Part shown: positions 1 through 9,177 of the stretch, one piece after another | Layout: each line of letters begins with the position of its first letter | Numbering within the stretch: the first letter of the stretch is position 1 | Assembly: GCA_019411205.1 (NCBI GenBank) | Contig: DXRF01000003.1 | Location: 1-43,960 of the forward strand | Source: Parabacteroides sp. | GTDB lineage: Bacteria > Bacteroidota > Bacteroidia > Bacteroidales > Tannerellaceae | Direction: 5' to 3' | DNA: 43,960 bases | Notes under the pieces: model-generated | Database searches by the model: none | What the model saw: only the letters and a program-made list of their open reading frames with translations | What the model was told of the DNA's origin: nothing | Position numbers and translations under genes: made by a program

Positions 1-62
1 TAAATCATAAATCATAAATCATAAATCATAAATCATAAATCATAAATCATAAATCTAAAATC
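1..62 (+). repeat. Tandem heptamer array (TAAATCA)n running into the next start codon; truncated by the window edge
   Basis: Seven perfect TAAATCA copies at 1-49, then TAAATC and TAAAATC directly before the ATG at 63. Confidence 0.97.
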
Positions 63-854
63 ATGCGCATTATTCCCAAAGCTAATACACTAAGAAAAGG
101 CATACTTTTATACAGAGGCATCCGTTACCGCAAAGGCTTCGGGGTCCATTCTCCCTTTGTCTTCAATCTGATCACGAAAGTGATTGAGGAGCGTTGCCAA
201 TACTATAGCTTCTACGACATCGAACTGATCCGTAAGCAACTGCTTTTCCAGAAGGACGAGATCACTTATCCCGACCGCCAGCAAAAAGGGAAGATGCGCC
301 GCCGCACAATCGGCCGGATTGTCGAACGCGAAGCAATACGGCCCAAACACGGCGCCCTGCTTTTCCGTCTTGCCAACTATTTCAAATCAAAACACATCCT
401 TCAGCTCGGACCTTCCATAGGCCTGTCCACCTTGTATCTGACCTCATACGCATCCGATCTGAAATGTATCGCCCTGGAAAACATACCTGAGTTTGCCTCC
501 ATCGCCCGTATCGCTTTCAGTAAGGCTGCCCGCAACCCGGTTGACCTGCGTGTCGGAGGATATAAGGATTTACTACCGGAAGCCTTGAAAGACATGAAGC
601 AACTCGATTTCGTCTTTTTCAACACCCTGTATGAGCAGCAGAGCAATAGCTGGCTGTTCGAAGAATGTCTGAAACATGTGCATGGCAATACGGTCTTTGT
701 CTTCGAAGGCATCAAAGCCAGCCGTAAAATGCGCGAATTCTGGCGGGAAGTATGCTGTCATCCCGAAGTAACAGTGACAATCGACCTGTACTCAATGGGA
801 ATCGTGTTTTTCAACAAGAAGTTACACAAGAGGGATTATATCGTCTATTTCTGA
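63..854 (+). CDS. Class I SAM-dependent methyltransferase (O-methyltransferase-like)
   Basis: 263 aa; motif-I-like ILQLGPSIGLSTLYL, LDFVFF strand, and the GFGVHSPFVF N-terminal motif typical of Bacteroidales members. Confidence 0.8.
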   Translation: MRIIPKANTLRKGILLYRGIRYRKGFGVHSPFVFNLITKVIEERCQYYSFYDIELIRKQLLFQKDEITYPDRQQKGKMRRRTIGRIVEREAIRPKHGALLFRLANYFKSKHILQLGPSIGLSTLYLTSYASDLKCIALENIPEFASIARIAFSKAARNPVDLRVGGYKDLLPEALKDMKQLDFVFFNTLYEQQSNSWLFEECLKHVHGNTVFVFEGIKASRKMREFWREVCCHPEVTVTIDLYSMGIVFFNKKLHKRDYIVYF

Positions 855-881
855 CTCTTTATCCAAAGATACAAACCATTA

Positions 882-946
882 ATGGATACGCGTCACCTGA
901 TAAACGGATTTTTTTGTTAGCCGCTTATCAGGTGACACATATCCAT
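882..946 (-). terminator. Long stem-loop between convergent genes, likely terminator of the minus-strand gene
   Basis: Arms ATGGATACGCGTCACCTGATAA (882-903) and TTATCAGGTGACACATATCCAT (925-946); the mismatches become G-U pairs in the minus-strand RNA. Confidence 0.65.
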
Positions 947-973
947 GTTCCTTATCAAACCGAAATAATACTA

Positions 974-1609
974 TTATTTGAAAATCGGAACAAAAATAGA
1001 TAATTGAAGATCCCTTGTTTCCGTGTTGCCGACTACATAATTCCGATAAATTCGTTTAAATCCATTTTTGTAAGATAAATCGACCTGAAGCCAATTGAAA
1101 TCATAGCCAACTTTTACAACAAGAGGAATATCGAATTTATTATTCTCCAAATTAGCTTTAACTGTCGTATTAAAATAGACTGTCGGTTCCACCCCAATTC
1201 CAACCTTTAACCCTTTCCAAAATTTATAGCCGGCGACAACATTCAACGACATTCCATTAAATAATTTTATATTATCATAAACAGCACCACCTGGTTGTTG
1301 TTCGCCATAATCAATATCAGGATCAAACCCTTGTTCTTGAAAAGCAATATTCACTCTCCTCGCTTGATACAACAAAGCAGCATCAATTAAAAAATGTTTT
1401 TTAGATTCATACTGGAATTGATATCCTGCATTAAAACTAAAACAATGATCCCATTTCAAATCTTTTTCCCCTGATAATAATAAGTTATTGAATTTTGACT
1501 TATGCATCCAACTATCACCTCCACCGACTACAATACCCGATTTGATCTGTGATTGCGATAACACAGGGAACAACAATAAACACGCAAACAAAATAAATGT
1601 CTTTTTCAT
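974..1609 (-). CDS. Outer-membrane beta-barrel protein (PorT/OMP_b-brl-like)
   Basis: 211 aa; signal peptide MKKTFILFACLLLFPVLSQS, amphipathic beta strands (FSFNAGYQFQY, LVVKVGYDF), C-terminal LQLSIFVPIFK; AT-rich. Confidence 0.7.
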   Translation of the reverse strand: MKKTFILFACLLLFPVLSQSQIKSGIVVGGGDSWMHKSKFNNLLLSGEKDLKWDHCFSFNAGYQFQYESKKHFLIDAALLYQARRVNIAFQEQGFDPDIDYGEQQPGGAVYDNIKLFNGMSLNVVAGYKFWKGLKVGIGVEPTVYFNTTVKANLENNKFDIPLVVKVGYDFNWLQVDLSYKNGFKRIYRNYVVGNTETRDLQLSIFVPIFK

Positions 1610-1632
1610 ATCACTCTCTTTTTTGATTGTTC

Positions 1633-1640
1633 CAAATGTA
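1633..1640 (-). promoter_or_regulatory. Bacteroidetes -7 promoter box for the beta-barrel gene
   Basis: TACATTTG on the minus strand matches TAnnTTTG, about 24 nt upstream of the ATG. Confidence 0.55.
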
Positions 1641-1926
1641 ATGATATTATCAATGCAATAATTTTGTTTTTATAAATTTAATGATTATTATTTATTAAAT
1701 AGCAAAGAGTGTATGAAGAAAATTATTACCAGCAGTCTTATATCCCACTTTTTTATTCGGCTTTCTATTGAATTATACAGCCTTTTTATTGATAAAACGT
1801 CTTTCCCGTTAAAATAAATAATCCGAATCCTTGCACAAATCCCGGAATCTGACGAATATTGTACTCCTTTTTGCAACATCTGGCAAGGATGTGCGATTAT
1901 ATAATAAAACGATAAGTTATTGTCAT

Positions 1927-2490
1927 ATGAAAAAGAGCATTATATACACAGGGACCGGCGACAAGGGAACCACTTCTTTAGTTGGAGGCGAACGGGTGTC
2001 AAAAGCGCACCAACGGATCGAAAGTTATGGTACGGTCGACGAACTGAACTCGTTTATAGGATTGTTGATCTCTTCGCTGGAAGAGAAAACGGATCAAGAC
2101 TTCCTGCTGTTTATCCAGCACAAGTTGTTCACGATCGGTTCCTATCTGGCAACCGACCAGGAAAACACGGAACTGAAAGTAGAAAGCAAGGTGATGCCGG
2201 AAACGATCACCCGTATCGAACGGGAAATAGACCGCCTGGATAACGAATTGCCCAAGATGCGCCACTTCGTTTTGCCGGGAGGAAGCCGTTCGGCTTCTTT
2301 GGCCCATGTGTGCCGGACAGTCTGCCGGCGTGCCGAACGCCAGATCTACCGTTTGGCGGAGACCCTTCCTGTTGAAGAGCCTGTCCTGGTTTTTATGAAC
2401 AGATTGTCTGATTATCTGTTTGTTCTGGCACGTAAGGAATGCATACGGAATAATGGCAAAGAAATTATCTGGGATTATACTTGCATCTAA
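1927..2490 (+). CDS. pduO: PduO-type cob(I)alamin adenosyltransferase
   Basis: [35 protein letters not shown] and NRLSDYLF motifs. Start moved to the ATG at 1927 (MKKSIIY). Confidence 0.92.
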   Translation: MKKSIIYTGTGDKGTTSLVGGERVSKAHQRIESYGTVDELNSFIGLLISSLEEKTDQDFLLFIQHKLFTIGSYLATDQENTELKVESKVMPETITRIEREIDRLDNELPKMRHFVLPGGSRSASLAHVCRTVCRRAERQIYRLAETLPVEEPVLVFMNRLSDYLFVLARKECIRNNGKEIIWDYTCI

Positions 2491-2502
2491 AGAATATTGT
2501 TT

Positions 2503-2510
2503 TATTTTTG
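2503..2510 (+). promoter_or_regulatory. Bacteroidetes -7 promoter box upstream of DUF2795
   Basis: TATTTTTG matches TAnnTTTG. Confidence 0.5.
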
Positions 2511-2563
2511 CGGAAAATTTGAGAACCTGACCGCCGTAAGGTGGTTATTAATACTTGACAGCT

Positions 2564-2785
2564 ATGTATTGGACATTAGAGTTAGCTTCAAAACTGGAAG
2601 ACGCGCCCTGGCCTGCAACCAAGGATGAATTGATTGACTATGCACAACGTTCTGGTGCGCCACTGGAAGTGATTGAGAATTTGCAGGAAATGGAAGACGA
2701 AGGTGAGATTTATGAATGCATGGAAGATATCTGGCCCGACTATCCAAGTAAAGAAGACTTTTTCTTCAATGAAGAAGAATATTAA
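2564..2785 (+). CDS. DUF2795 domain small acidic protein
   Basis: MYWTLELASKLEDAPWPATKDELIDYA...FFFNEEEY, a highly conserved Bacteroidetes protein; ATG at 2564. Confidence 0.9.
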   Translation: MYWTLELASKLEDAPWPATKDELIDYAQRSGAPLEVIENLQEMEDEGEIYECMEDIWPDYPSKEDFFFNEEEY

Positions 2786-2817
2786 TGTGCGATAAAAACG
2801 TACAGGCATGAAATAAT

Positions 2818-2860
2818 GACGAGGTGGCAGGGCTATGTCCCGCCGCCTCGTCTGCTTTTT
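2818..2860 (+). terminator. Rho-independent terminator-like hairpin between DUF2795 and porP
   Basis: GACGAGGTGGC..GCCGCCTCGTC stem with one G-U pair, followed by TGCTTTTT. Confidence 0.6.
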
Positions 2861-2896
2861 ATACAATTTATCCGGACTTATTCCGTTTCTTGATAT

Positions 2897-3847
2897 ATGA
2901 ACAAATATCTCCTGCTTATCATCCTTTTGGTAACCGGGCTCACGGGAGCACGGGCGCAATACGACTCGCAGCTAAGCCAGTATTTTATGGCGCTGGGTTA
3001 CTATAATCCGGCATACGCAGGTGTTACGGGAGACTTGAATATGCTGGCGCTGTCCCGTTTGCAATATGTCGGGATCGACGGAGCGCCAACCTCCTTCTTT
3101 ATCAATGCGGATATGCCGCTGAAGATCGGGAAAACCAATCATGGTGTCGGGATGGTCGTCTTTACCGAAGGGATCGGGCTTTTCGTCAATACACATGTCA
3201 ATTTGCAGTATGCCTATAAACAGAAACTATTTGGCGGAACGCTCAGTATCGGCATGCAGTTCGGAATGGTAAACCAGTCATTCGACGGAGAGAAGGTCTT
3301 TTTTCCGACCAGCCAGTTCCACCAACAGGAAGACCAGGCAATTCCCAAAAAGCAGGTGAGCGGAATGGGCTTTGACTTGAACGCCGGGCTTTACTATCAC
3401 CGCAAGAACCTCTATGCCGGTTTAGGCGTCACGCACTTGAACAAGACGGAGATCATATTGGACGAATATTCTTCCATGTATCTCGCCAGCACATATAATT
3501 TGATCGCCGGATACAATATTCAGTTTCGAAACCCGTTGTATGAATTACAGCCGTCTGTATTCTTGAAAACAGACATGCAGAGCTTCCAGGCGGACATAAC
3601 TGCCCGGTTGTTTTATAACAAAATGTTTAACGGAGGTTTTTCCTGGCGTGTGAATGAGTCGTTGATCCTGTTGTTAGGAGCCAAGATCGGGAGTTTCCAG
3701 GTAGGATATGCGTATGATTTTCCGATCTCTACCATACCTATCTTGAAAGCCACGAGTGGAAGCCACGAGTTGGTAGTGAGCTACAAGTTGAAGTTGAAAA
3801 AATCGAAGTCAGGAAAGAATAGACATAAAAGTGTACGTATATTATAG
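2897..3847 (+). CDS. porP: Type IX secretion system membrane protein PorP/SprF
   Basis: Signal peptide then AQYDSQLSQY...YYNPAYAG, VGYAYDF and GSHEL motifs; directly upstream of porKLMN. Confidence 0.92.
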   Translation: MNKYLLLIILLVTGLTGARAQYDSQLSQYFMALGYYNPAYAGVTGDLNMLALSRLQYVGIDGAPTSFFINADMPLKIGKTNHGVGMVVFTEGIGLFVNTHVNLQYAYKQKLFGGTLSIGMQFGMVNQSFDGEKVFFPTSQFHQQEDQAIPKKQVSGMGFDLNAGLYYHRKNLYAGLGVTHLNKTEIILDEYSSMYLASTYNLIAGYNIQFRNPLYELQPSVFLKTDMQSFQADITARLFYNKMFNGGFSWRVNESLILLLGAKIGSFQVGYAYDFPISTIPILKATSGSHELVVSYKLKLKKSKSGKNRHKSVRIL

Positions 3848-3850
3848 TAT

Positions 3851-5278
3851 ATGAAAAAAGTATTGTTAGTACTTGCGGCAGTAGCCCTGTTTACCTCATG
3901 TGGCAAAACCCTTTCCGGTGGCGGGGGCGAAGTGACAGGGGTACGATCGGTGGCGTTTAACGAACCGGCCCCTTACGGGATGGTTCTGATCAAAAGAGGC
4001 TCATTCGAGATGGGACCCGCTGATAAGGATTCCTTGTGGGGGATCAATCCGGAAACGAAAGGCGTCTCTTTCGATGCTTTCTGGATGGACGAGACAGAGG
4101 TAACGAATGCCAAATACCGTCAGTTCGTCTATTGGGTGCGCGACTCCATTATCCGCGAACGCCTGGCCGATCCGGCTTATGGCGGCAATGACCTGTTCAA
4201 GATTACCGAAGATAGATACGGCGAACCGGTGACCCCGCATTTGGACTGGAGCCGCCCGATTCCCTGGAAACGTGCCAATGAAGACGAGATCCGGGCAATC
4301 GAAAGCGTCTATACCGTAAATCCGGTGACCGGCGAAAAGACGTTGGACCCGAAACAGATGGTCTATCGCTACGAATGGTATGACTATACGTCGGCAGCCC
4401 TTCGCAAACATAACCTGGACCCGGCAGCCCGTGTGCGCAACACCGATATCCAGGTCGATCCTAACGAAGTGATCATGATATCCAAAGATACGGCCTACAT
4501 CACCGAGGAAGGCGAGATCGTGAACGAGACCATCACGCGCCAGCTCAGCGGACCGTGGGATTTTCTCCATACCCGTATCGTGAATGTCTATCCGGACGAG
4601 AGCTGCTGGGTGAACGATTTCAACAATGCTTATAATGAGCCCTATATGCGTATGTACTTCTCGCATCCGGGCTATGACGATTATCCTGTAGTAGGTGTTT
4701 CCTGGGAGCAGGCGACCGCTTTCTGCGTATGGCGTACCAACCTGTTCAAGGAATCTCTGAACTTCCCCAGCGGACAGGCCCTCGAACCGTTCCGCCTGCC
4801 GACCGAAGGCGAGTGGGAATATGCAGCCCGTACAGGCAAGAACGAAAACAAATATCCGTGGGCCGGCGACGAGCTGGTGAGCGGAAAAGGTTGCTTCTTG
4901 GGCAACTTCAAACCGGGAAAAGGCAACTATACGGAAGACGGCCATCTGATCACTTCGCGTGTCGGCTCTTTCGCTCCGAACGAATTCGGCCTCTATGACA
5001 TGGCCGGCAACGTGGCGGAATGGACATCGACCTCTTATTCCGAATCCGGGCCGAGCCAGATGAGCGACATGAACCCGGATCTGCGCTACAATGCCGCCAA
5101 GGAAGACCCGTACGCTATGAAGAAGAAAGTTGTCCGGGGCGGTTCATGGAAAGACGTGGCACAGTTTATCCGTTCGGATATGCGCACCTTCGAGTACCAG
5201 AACGAAACGCGTTCATACATCGGTTTCCGTTGCGCCCGTACACAAATCGGTTTTTCGAGAGCAAAAGGTAAAAAATAA
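3851..5278 (+). CDS. porK: T9SS ring lipoprotein PorK/GldK (FGE/SUMF1-fold)
   Basis: Lipobox LFTSC; MDETEVTNAKY, YPVVGVSWEQA, RLPTEGEWEYAAR, GLYDMAGNVAEW and RGGSW motifs. Confidence 0.93.
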   Translation: MKKVLLVLAAVALFTSCGKTLSGGGGEVTGVRSVAFNEPAPYGMVLIKRGSFEMGPADKDSLWGINPETKGVSFDAFWMDETEVTNAKYRQFVYWVRDSIIRERLADPAYGGNDLFKITEDRYGEPVTPHLDWSRPIPWKRANEDEIRAIESVYTVNPVTGEKTLDPKQMVYRYEWYDYTSAALRKHNLDPAARVRNTDIQVDPNEVIMISKDTAYITEEGEIVNETITRQLSGPWDFLHTRIVNVYPDESCWVNDFNNAYNEPYMRMYFSHPGYDDYPVVGVSWEQATAFCVWRTNLFKESLNFPSGQALEPFRLPTEGEWEYAARTGKNENKYPWAGDELVSGKGCFLGNFKPGKGNYTEDGHLITSRVGSFAPNEFGLYDMAGNVAEWTSTSYSESGPSQMSDMNPDLRYNAAKEDPYAMKKKVVRGGSWKDVAQFIRSDMRTFEYQNETRSYIGFRCARTQIGFSRAKGKK

Positions 5279-5295
5279 CGAATATACATCACATC

Positions 5296-6360
5296 ATGGG
5301 AAAATATAGAAGATATAAAAACAGAGTAGAAATGTATCTCGCCAGTGAAAAAGGCAAGCGGGTACTGAATTTCTGTTATAGCTGGGGTGCCTCCATCGTT
5401 ATTATCGGCGCCTTGTTCAAATTGTTACACCTGCCGTATGGCAACCAGATCCTGTTTGTGGCTATGACGGTAGAAGCATTGGTATTCTTCGTCTCTGCAT
5501 TTGAAAAGCCATTCAACGAATATCACTGGGAAGAGGTGTTCCCGGTATTGAAATCGAAGAATCCGCTCGACCGTCCGGATTTTGCCAATACGCCGATGTC
5601 CAATCTGGTCAACTCGCCGGAAAATACGGCCGACGATGAGGTCGCCGACGGACTGAAAATCAACTTAGGCGGCAAGCAGGCTGCTGGACTGGGCAATCTC
5701 GGCCTGGATGTGAGCGAAGAAGATACGAAAAACCTTTCCGACAGTATCAAGAAACTGAGCAGTGCCGCCGAACAGATCTCCAAGATGGCGGAACTGACGG
5801 AAGCAACGCAGAAATATCTGGAACAGCTTTCAGGTATGTCCGAGAATATGGAGCGTTTCAGCCAGGTGACCCATTCGCTGACCGACGTTTCCGACACGCT
5901 CCTGAACTCGTATAAGAGCATTACGGATAATTCGGACGGTATCAACCAGAATTCCCGCGGTTACGTGCAGCAGATGGAAATGCTGAACCGCAACATATCG
6001 GGCTTGAACACGATCTACGAAATACAGTTGAAGAGCATCAGCTCGCAGATCGAATCGATCGAACATATCAATAGCGGTTTGAGCCGCATCCGCGAGATGT
6101 ATGATGGCTCTGTTGTCGACAGTTCCGTGTTCCGCAACGAAACGGAAAAGATGACGCGGCAGTTGGCCGAACTGAACCAGGTATACAGCCGCCTGTTGCA
6201 GGCCATGACGGTCAATATGGGGTATCAGCAACCTGCACAACCCCAGCAACCCGCTTACCAACAGCAGCCCGCACAGCCGCAGAATTACCAGCAGCAAGCC
6301 TATCAGCAACCGTACGGATATCAGCAGCAGGCTCCGTATACAAACAACCCAATGAAGTAA
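5296..6360 (+). CDS. porL: T9SS motor protein PorL/GldL
   Basis: YSWGASIVIIGALFKLLH and VEALVFFVSAFE transmembrane helices, WEEVFP motif, coiled coil ending LNQVYSRLLQAM. Confidence 0.93.
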   Translation: MGKYRRYKNRVEMYLASEKGKRVLNFCYSWGASIVIIGALFKLLHLPYGNQILFVAMTVEALVFFVSAFEKPFNEYHWEEVFPVLKSKNPLDRPDFANTPMSNLVNSPENTADDEVADGLKINLGGKQAAGLGNLGLDVSEEDTKNLSDSIKKLSSAAEQISKMAELTEATQKYLEQLSGMSENMERFSQVTHSLTDVSDTLLNSYKSITDNSDGINQNSRGYVQQMEMLNRNISGLNTIYEIQLKSISSQIESIEHINSGLSRIREMYDGSVVDSSVFRNETEKMTRQLAELNQVYSRLLQAMTVNMGYQQPAQPQQPAYQQQPAQPQNYQQQAYQQPYGYQQQAPYTNNPMK

Positions 6361-6366
6361 TCGGAT

Positions 6367-7935
6367 ATGGCAGGAATAGCAAATAATCCCAATTCGCCCC
6401 GTCAGAAGATGATCAACCTGATGTATCTGGTGTTCATCGCCATGATGGCACTCAACGTGTCGTCGGAGGTACTCGACGGTTTCGAACTGGTGGAAGGCAG
6501 CTTGCGTACTTCTATCGATAATACCTCAACCCGCAACGAGATTGTTACGGAGGAACTGAAGGCTTATTATCAGACAAACCCTGAAAAAGTACGTGAATGG
6601 TACGAAAAGGGAACAAAGGTGAAGCAGGCTTCCGACAGCCTGTACAATTATGTGCAGGATCTGAAAGTGCGTATTGCACAGATTGCCGACGGCAAGGAGG
6701 CCGATGTCAATAATATCGATCATAAGGACGACCTCGAAGCGGCTTCCCGCGTGATGTTGTCTCCCGTTTCGGGCGAAGGCAAGAAATTGCGCCAGAGCAT
6801 CGAAAAATACCGGACACTGATGGGCGAGATGGTGGAAGACTCGGCCAAGACGCGCATCATCGAAGCCAGCCTGTCGACGACACCGCCTCACAAAGCCGGT
6901 ATCAATACCCGCACCTGGGAAGAGGCTTTGTTCGAGAATATGCCAGTGGCGGCAGCCGTTACCTTGCTGACGAAATTGCAAAGCGATATCCGTTATGCCG
7001 AAGGCGAAGTGTTGTCGAACCTGCTGAGCAGCGTCGACATGCGCGACTATCGTGTGAACCAGATCACGGCACAAGTGATCCCGGAAAGCCAGATCGTCAT
7101 GCGGGGCAGCCAGTACAAGGCCAATATCGTCTTATCGGCTGTCGACTCGACGAAACGTCCGACCGTCTATGTGAACGGCAAGGAATTGCCTTATGATGCA
7201 AACGGCATGTTTACGGCTGTAGCCGGTACTCCGGGCACTTATCCGGTCAAAGGATATATCGAAATGCCGGGCAGCGACGGCAGCGTGATGCGCCGCGAGT
7301 TCGAAAGCGAATACTTCGTGACAGAGCCGAGTGCAACGGTAGCGCCGATGCTGATGAATGTGCTGTATGCCGGAATCGCCAACCCGATCCGTATCGCCGT
7401 GCCGGGTGTACCGAGCGGTAACGTGACGGCGAGCATGACAAACGGGACATTGGTCCGCAAAGGAGACCAATGGGAGGCCCGTCCGACAACGGTTGGAACA
7501 GACGCTATCATTTCCGTCCATGCTAAAATGGCGGATGGGCGCAGCGTTGAAATGGCAAAAACGACTTTCCGCGTACGTGCCCTGCCCGACCCGATGCCTT
7601 TTATCGAATATAAGGACCAGAACGGCAATATGCGCAAGTTCCGTGGCGGCCAGTTCTCCAAACGCAATCTGGTGGAAGCCGACGGTATCCAGGCGGCTAT
7701 CGACGACGATCTGCTGAACGTCCCGTTCAAGGTGTTGAGTTTCGAGCTGACTTTCTACGATTCGATGGGCAACATCATTCCGGAAGTCACACAAGGCAAC
7801 CAGTTCTCGCAACGTCAGAAAGATTATATCCGTCGCCTGGCAAGAGGCAAACGCTTCTACATCACCCATGTGAAAGTATTAGGCCCGGACAACAAGGAAC
7901 GTATCATTCCGACCGTCGAAGTAATCGTCAATTAA
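6367..7935 (+). CDS. porM: T9SS motor protein PorM/GldM
   Basis: [36 protein letters not shown] and [11 protein letters not shown] motifs. Confidence 0.95.
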   Translation: MAGIANNPNSPRQKMINLMYLVFIAMMALNVSSEVLDGFELVEGSLRTSIDNTSTRNEIVTEELKAYYQTNPEKVREWYEKGTKVKQASDSLYNYVQDLKVRIAQIADGKEADVNNIDHKDDLEAASRVMLSPVSGEGKKLRQSIEKYRTLMGEMVEDSAKTRIIEASLSTTPPHKAGINTRTWEEALFENMPVAAAVTLLTKLQSDIRYAEGEVLSNLLSSVDMRDYRVNQITAQVIPESQIVMRGSQYKANIVLSAVDSTKRPTVYVNGKELPYDANGMFTAVAGTPGTYPVKGYIEMPGSDGSVMRREFESEYFVTEPSATVAPMLMNVLYAGIANPIRIAVPGVPSGNVTASMTNGTLVRKGDQWEARPTTVGTDAIISVHAKMADGRSVEMAKTTFRVRALPDPMPFIEYKDQNGNMRKFRGGQFSKRNLVEADGIQAAIDDDLLNVPFKVLSFELTFYDSMGNIIPEVTQGNQFSQRQKDYIRRLARGKRFYITHVKVLGPDNKERIIPTVEVIVN

Positions 7936-7941
7936 CATAAC

Positions 7942-7966
7942 GCAGGGGCAGGTTTGGAACCTGCCC
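7942..7966. repeat. REP-like GC-rich palindrome between porM and porN
   Basis: GCAG followed by GGGCAGGTT-TGG-AACCTGCCC, a perfect 9-bp stem with no U-tract. Confidence 0.45.
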
Positions 7967-7980
7967 GCAACTAATAAAAT

Positions 7981-9072
7981 ATGAAACGTTTATATTACAT
8001 AGCAACCCTCGCCATCGCCCTGTTCGCTTCCTACCCCCTACAGGCGCAGGAAGAGGCCGGCAATACACAGCAACAGCAGCAGAGACGTCGCGGTCCCGAA
8101 GCAAGCCGTGGCGCCCGTGAAGAAGATAAGAAAGAGAGCGGTATGCCTGAACTGACCGTCCGGGCGCAGGATATGAACGAGCGGATGACGCAGCATATCG
8201 GCAACGCCCGCTGGATGCGTGTCATCTATCGCCAGATCGACCTGACGAAAGAACAGAATGCTCCCCTATATTATCCCACCCAACCGATGAACGGACAGAT
8301 GAACCTGTTCTCGATCATCTTCCAGCTGGTATGCGAGGGCAAGCTGTCCGCCTATGAATATCTGGACGGTTACGAAGATTTCAGTGATAACCGCAAGCTC
8401 GACTTGAAAGTCATGCTGGACCGCTGCCGCATCTTCTACGAAGAGACGCCTGGCGAAGACAACGAGCCCGCCGGCTTTGTCGTGAACGAAAGTGATATTC
8501 CTTCCGGTGATGTCCGCTCCTATTACATAAAGGAGGCGTGGTATTTCGACCAGAACAACTCCGTATTCGATGTCAAGACACTGGCGATCTGTCCGATCCT
8601 GACCATCGTGGACGACATGGGGCAGAACACCATGCCGATGTTCTGGATTCCTTATGAAAACTTGCGTCCCTATATCAATACGGCCTATATCATGACGTCT
8701 AATATCAACAACGCCATGACTTTCACGCTCGACGACTATTTCCGCCGCCGGATGTTCCAGGGCGATATCTTCAAGACGCAGAATCTGATGAACCAGCCTC
8801 TGCAAGCCTACTGCCCGACACCCGATTCGATGAAACGCGAGCAGGAACGTATCGAGAACCAGTTGATCACTTTCGAAAAGTCCCTCTATCTGCAGCCGGA
8901 CACAGCTCAGTTGGCAGTTGATACAAAAGGCAAAAAATCTAAGAACGCAACCGTTTCCGCCCGTGGCAGAAAGACGGAAGCCGCAAAAGAAAGCAAACAG
9001 AAAGAGGTCAAAATAAAAGCTCCGAAAGCCCAGAAAAGCGCTCCGGTCCGCAGCGTACGCCGTCGCCGGTAA
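7981..9072 (+). CDS. porN: T9SS ring protein PorN/GldN
   Basis: Signal peptide; WMRVIYRQIDL, NAPLYYP, YYIKEAWYFD and LAICP motifs; last gene of porPKLMN. Confidence 0.92.
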   Translation: MKRLYYIATLAIALFASYPLQAQEEAGNTQQQQQRRRGPEASRGAREEDKKESGMPELTVRAQDMNERMTQHIGNARWMRVIYRQIDLTKEQNAPLYYPTQPMNGQMNLFSIIFQLVCEGKLSAYEYLDGYEDFSDNRKLDLKVMLDRCRIFYEETPGEDNEPAGFVVNESDIPSGDVRSYYIKEAWYFDQNNSVFDVKTLAICPILTIVDDMGQNTMPMFWIPYENLRPYINTAYIMTSNINNAMTFTLDDYFRRRMFQGDIFKTQNLMNQPLQAYCPTPDSMKREQERIENQLITFEKSLYLQPDTAQLAVDTKGKKSKNATVSARGRKTEAAKESKQKEVKIKAPKAQKSAPVRSVRRRR

Positions 9073-9103
9073 AGGCTTTACCTCTTTCACTGTCTAAAAC
9101 ACG

Positions 9104-9159
9104 AAAGAAGCGTAGATTGGCAGATGTCATTCAAGTCATCACCAATCTACGCTTCTTTT
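9104..9159. terminator. Bidirectional terminator between porN and the convergent transglutaminase gene
   Basis: Perfect 17-bp inverted repeat AAAGAAGCGTAGATTGG (9104-9120) / CCAATCTACGCTTCTTT (9142-9158). Confidence 0.8.
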
Positions 9160-9177
9160 ATGTTTCGCCGAAAGGAT

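Noticed and set aside
864..871. Minus-strand TATCTTTG box pointing antisense into the methyltransferase
   Set aside because: An 8-nt match is expected by chance in AT-rich DNA, and no downstream gene supports it.
1688..1879. 63-aa minus-strand ORF upstream of the beta-barrel gene
   Set aside because: Non-ATG start, AT-rich intergenic context and no recognisable motif.
1700..1926. Cobalamin riboswitch upstream of pduO
   Set aside because: I could not find the conserved B12-box or core motifs by eye; an Infernal/Rfam scan would settle it.
3851..5278. Formylglycine-generating enzyme for the sulfatase
   Set aside because: The FGE-like fold is the known PorK/GldK architecture, and it lies within porPKLMN; Ser-type sulfatases are matured by radical-SAM anSME.
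4001..9090. Long antisense ORFs within porK-porN (e.g. 4001-4945, 7132-7869, 8266-9090)
   Set aside because: They lie almost entirely opposite well-supported genes, have no recognisable motifs and are explained by codon bias.
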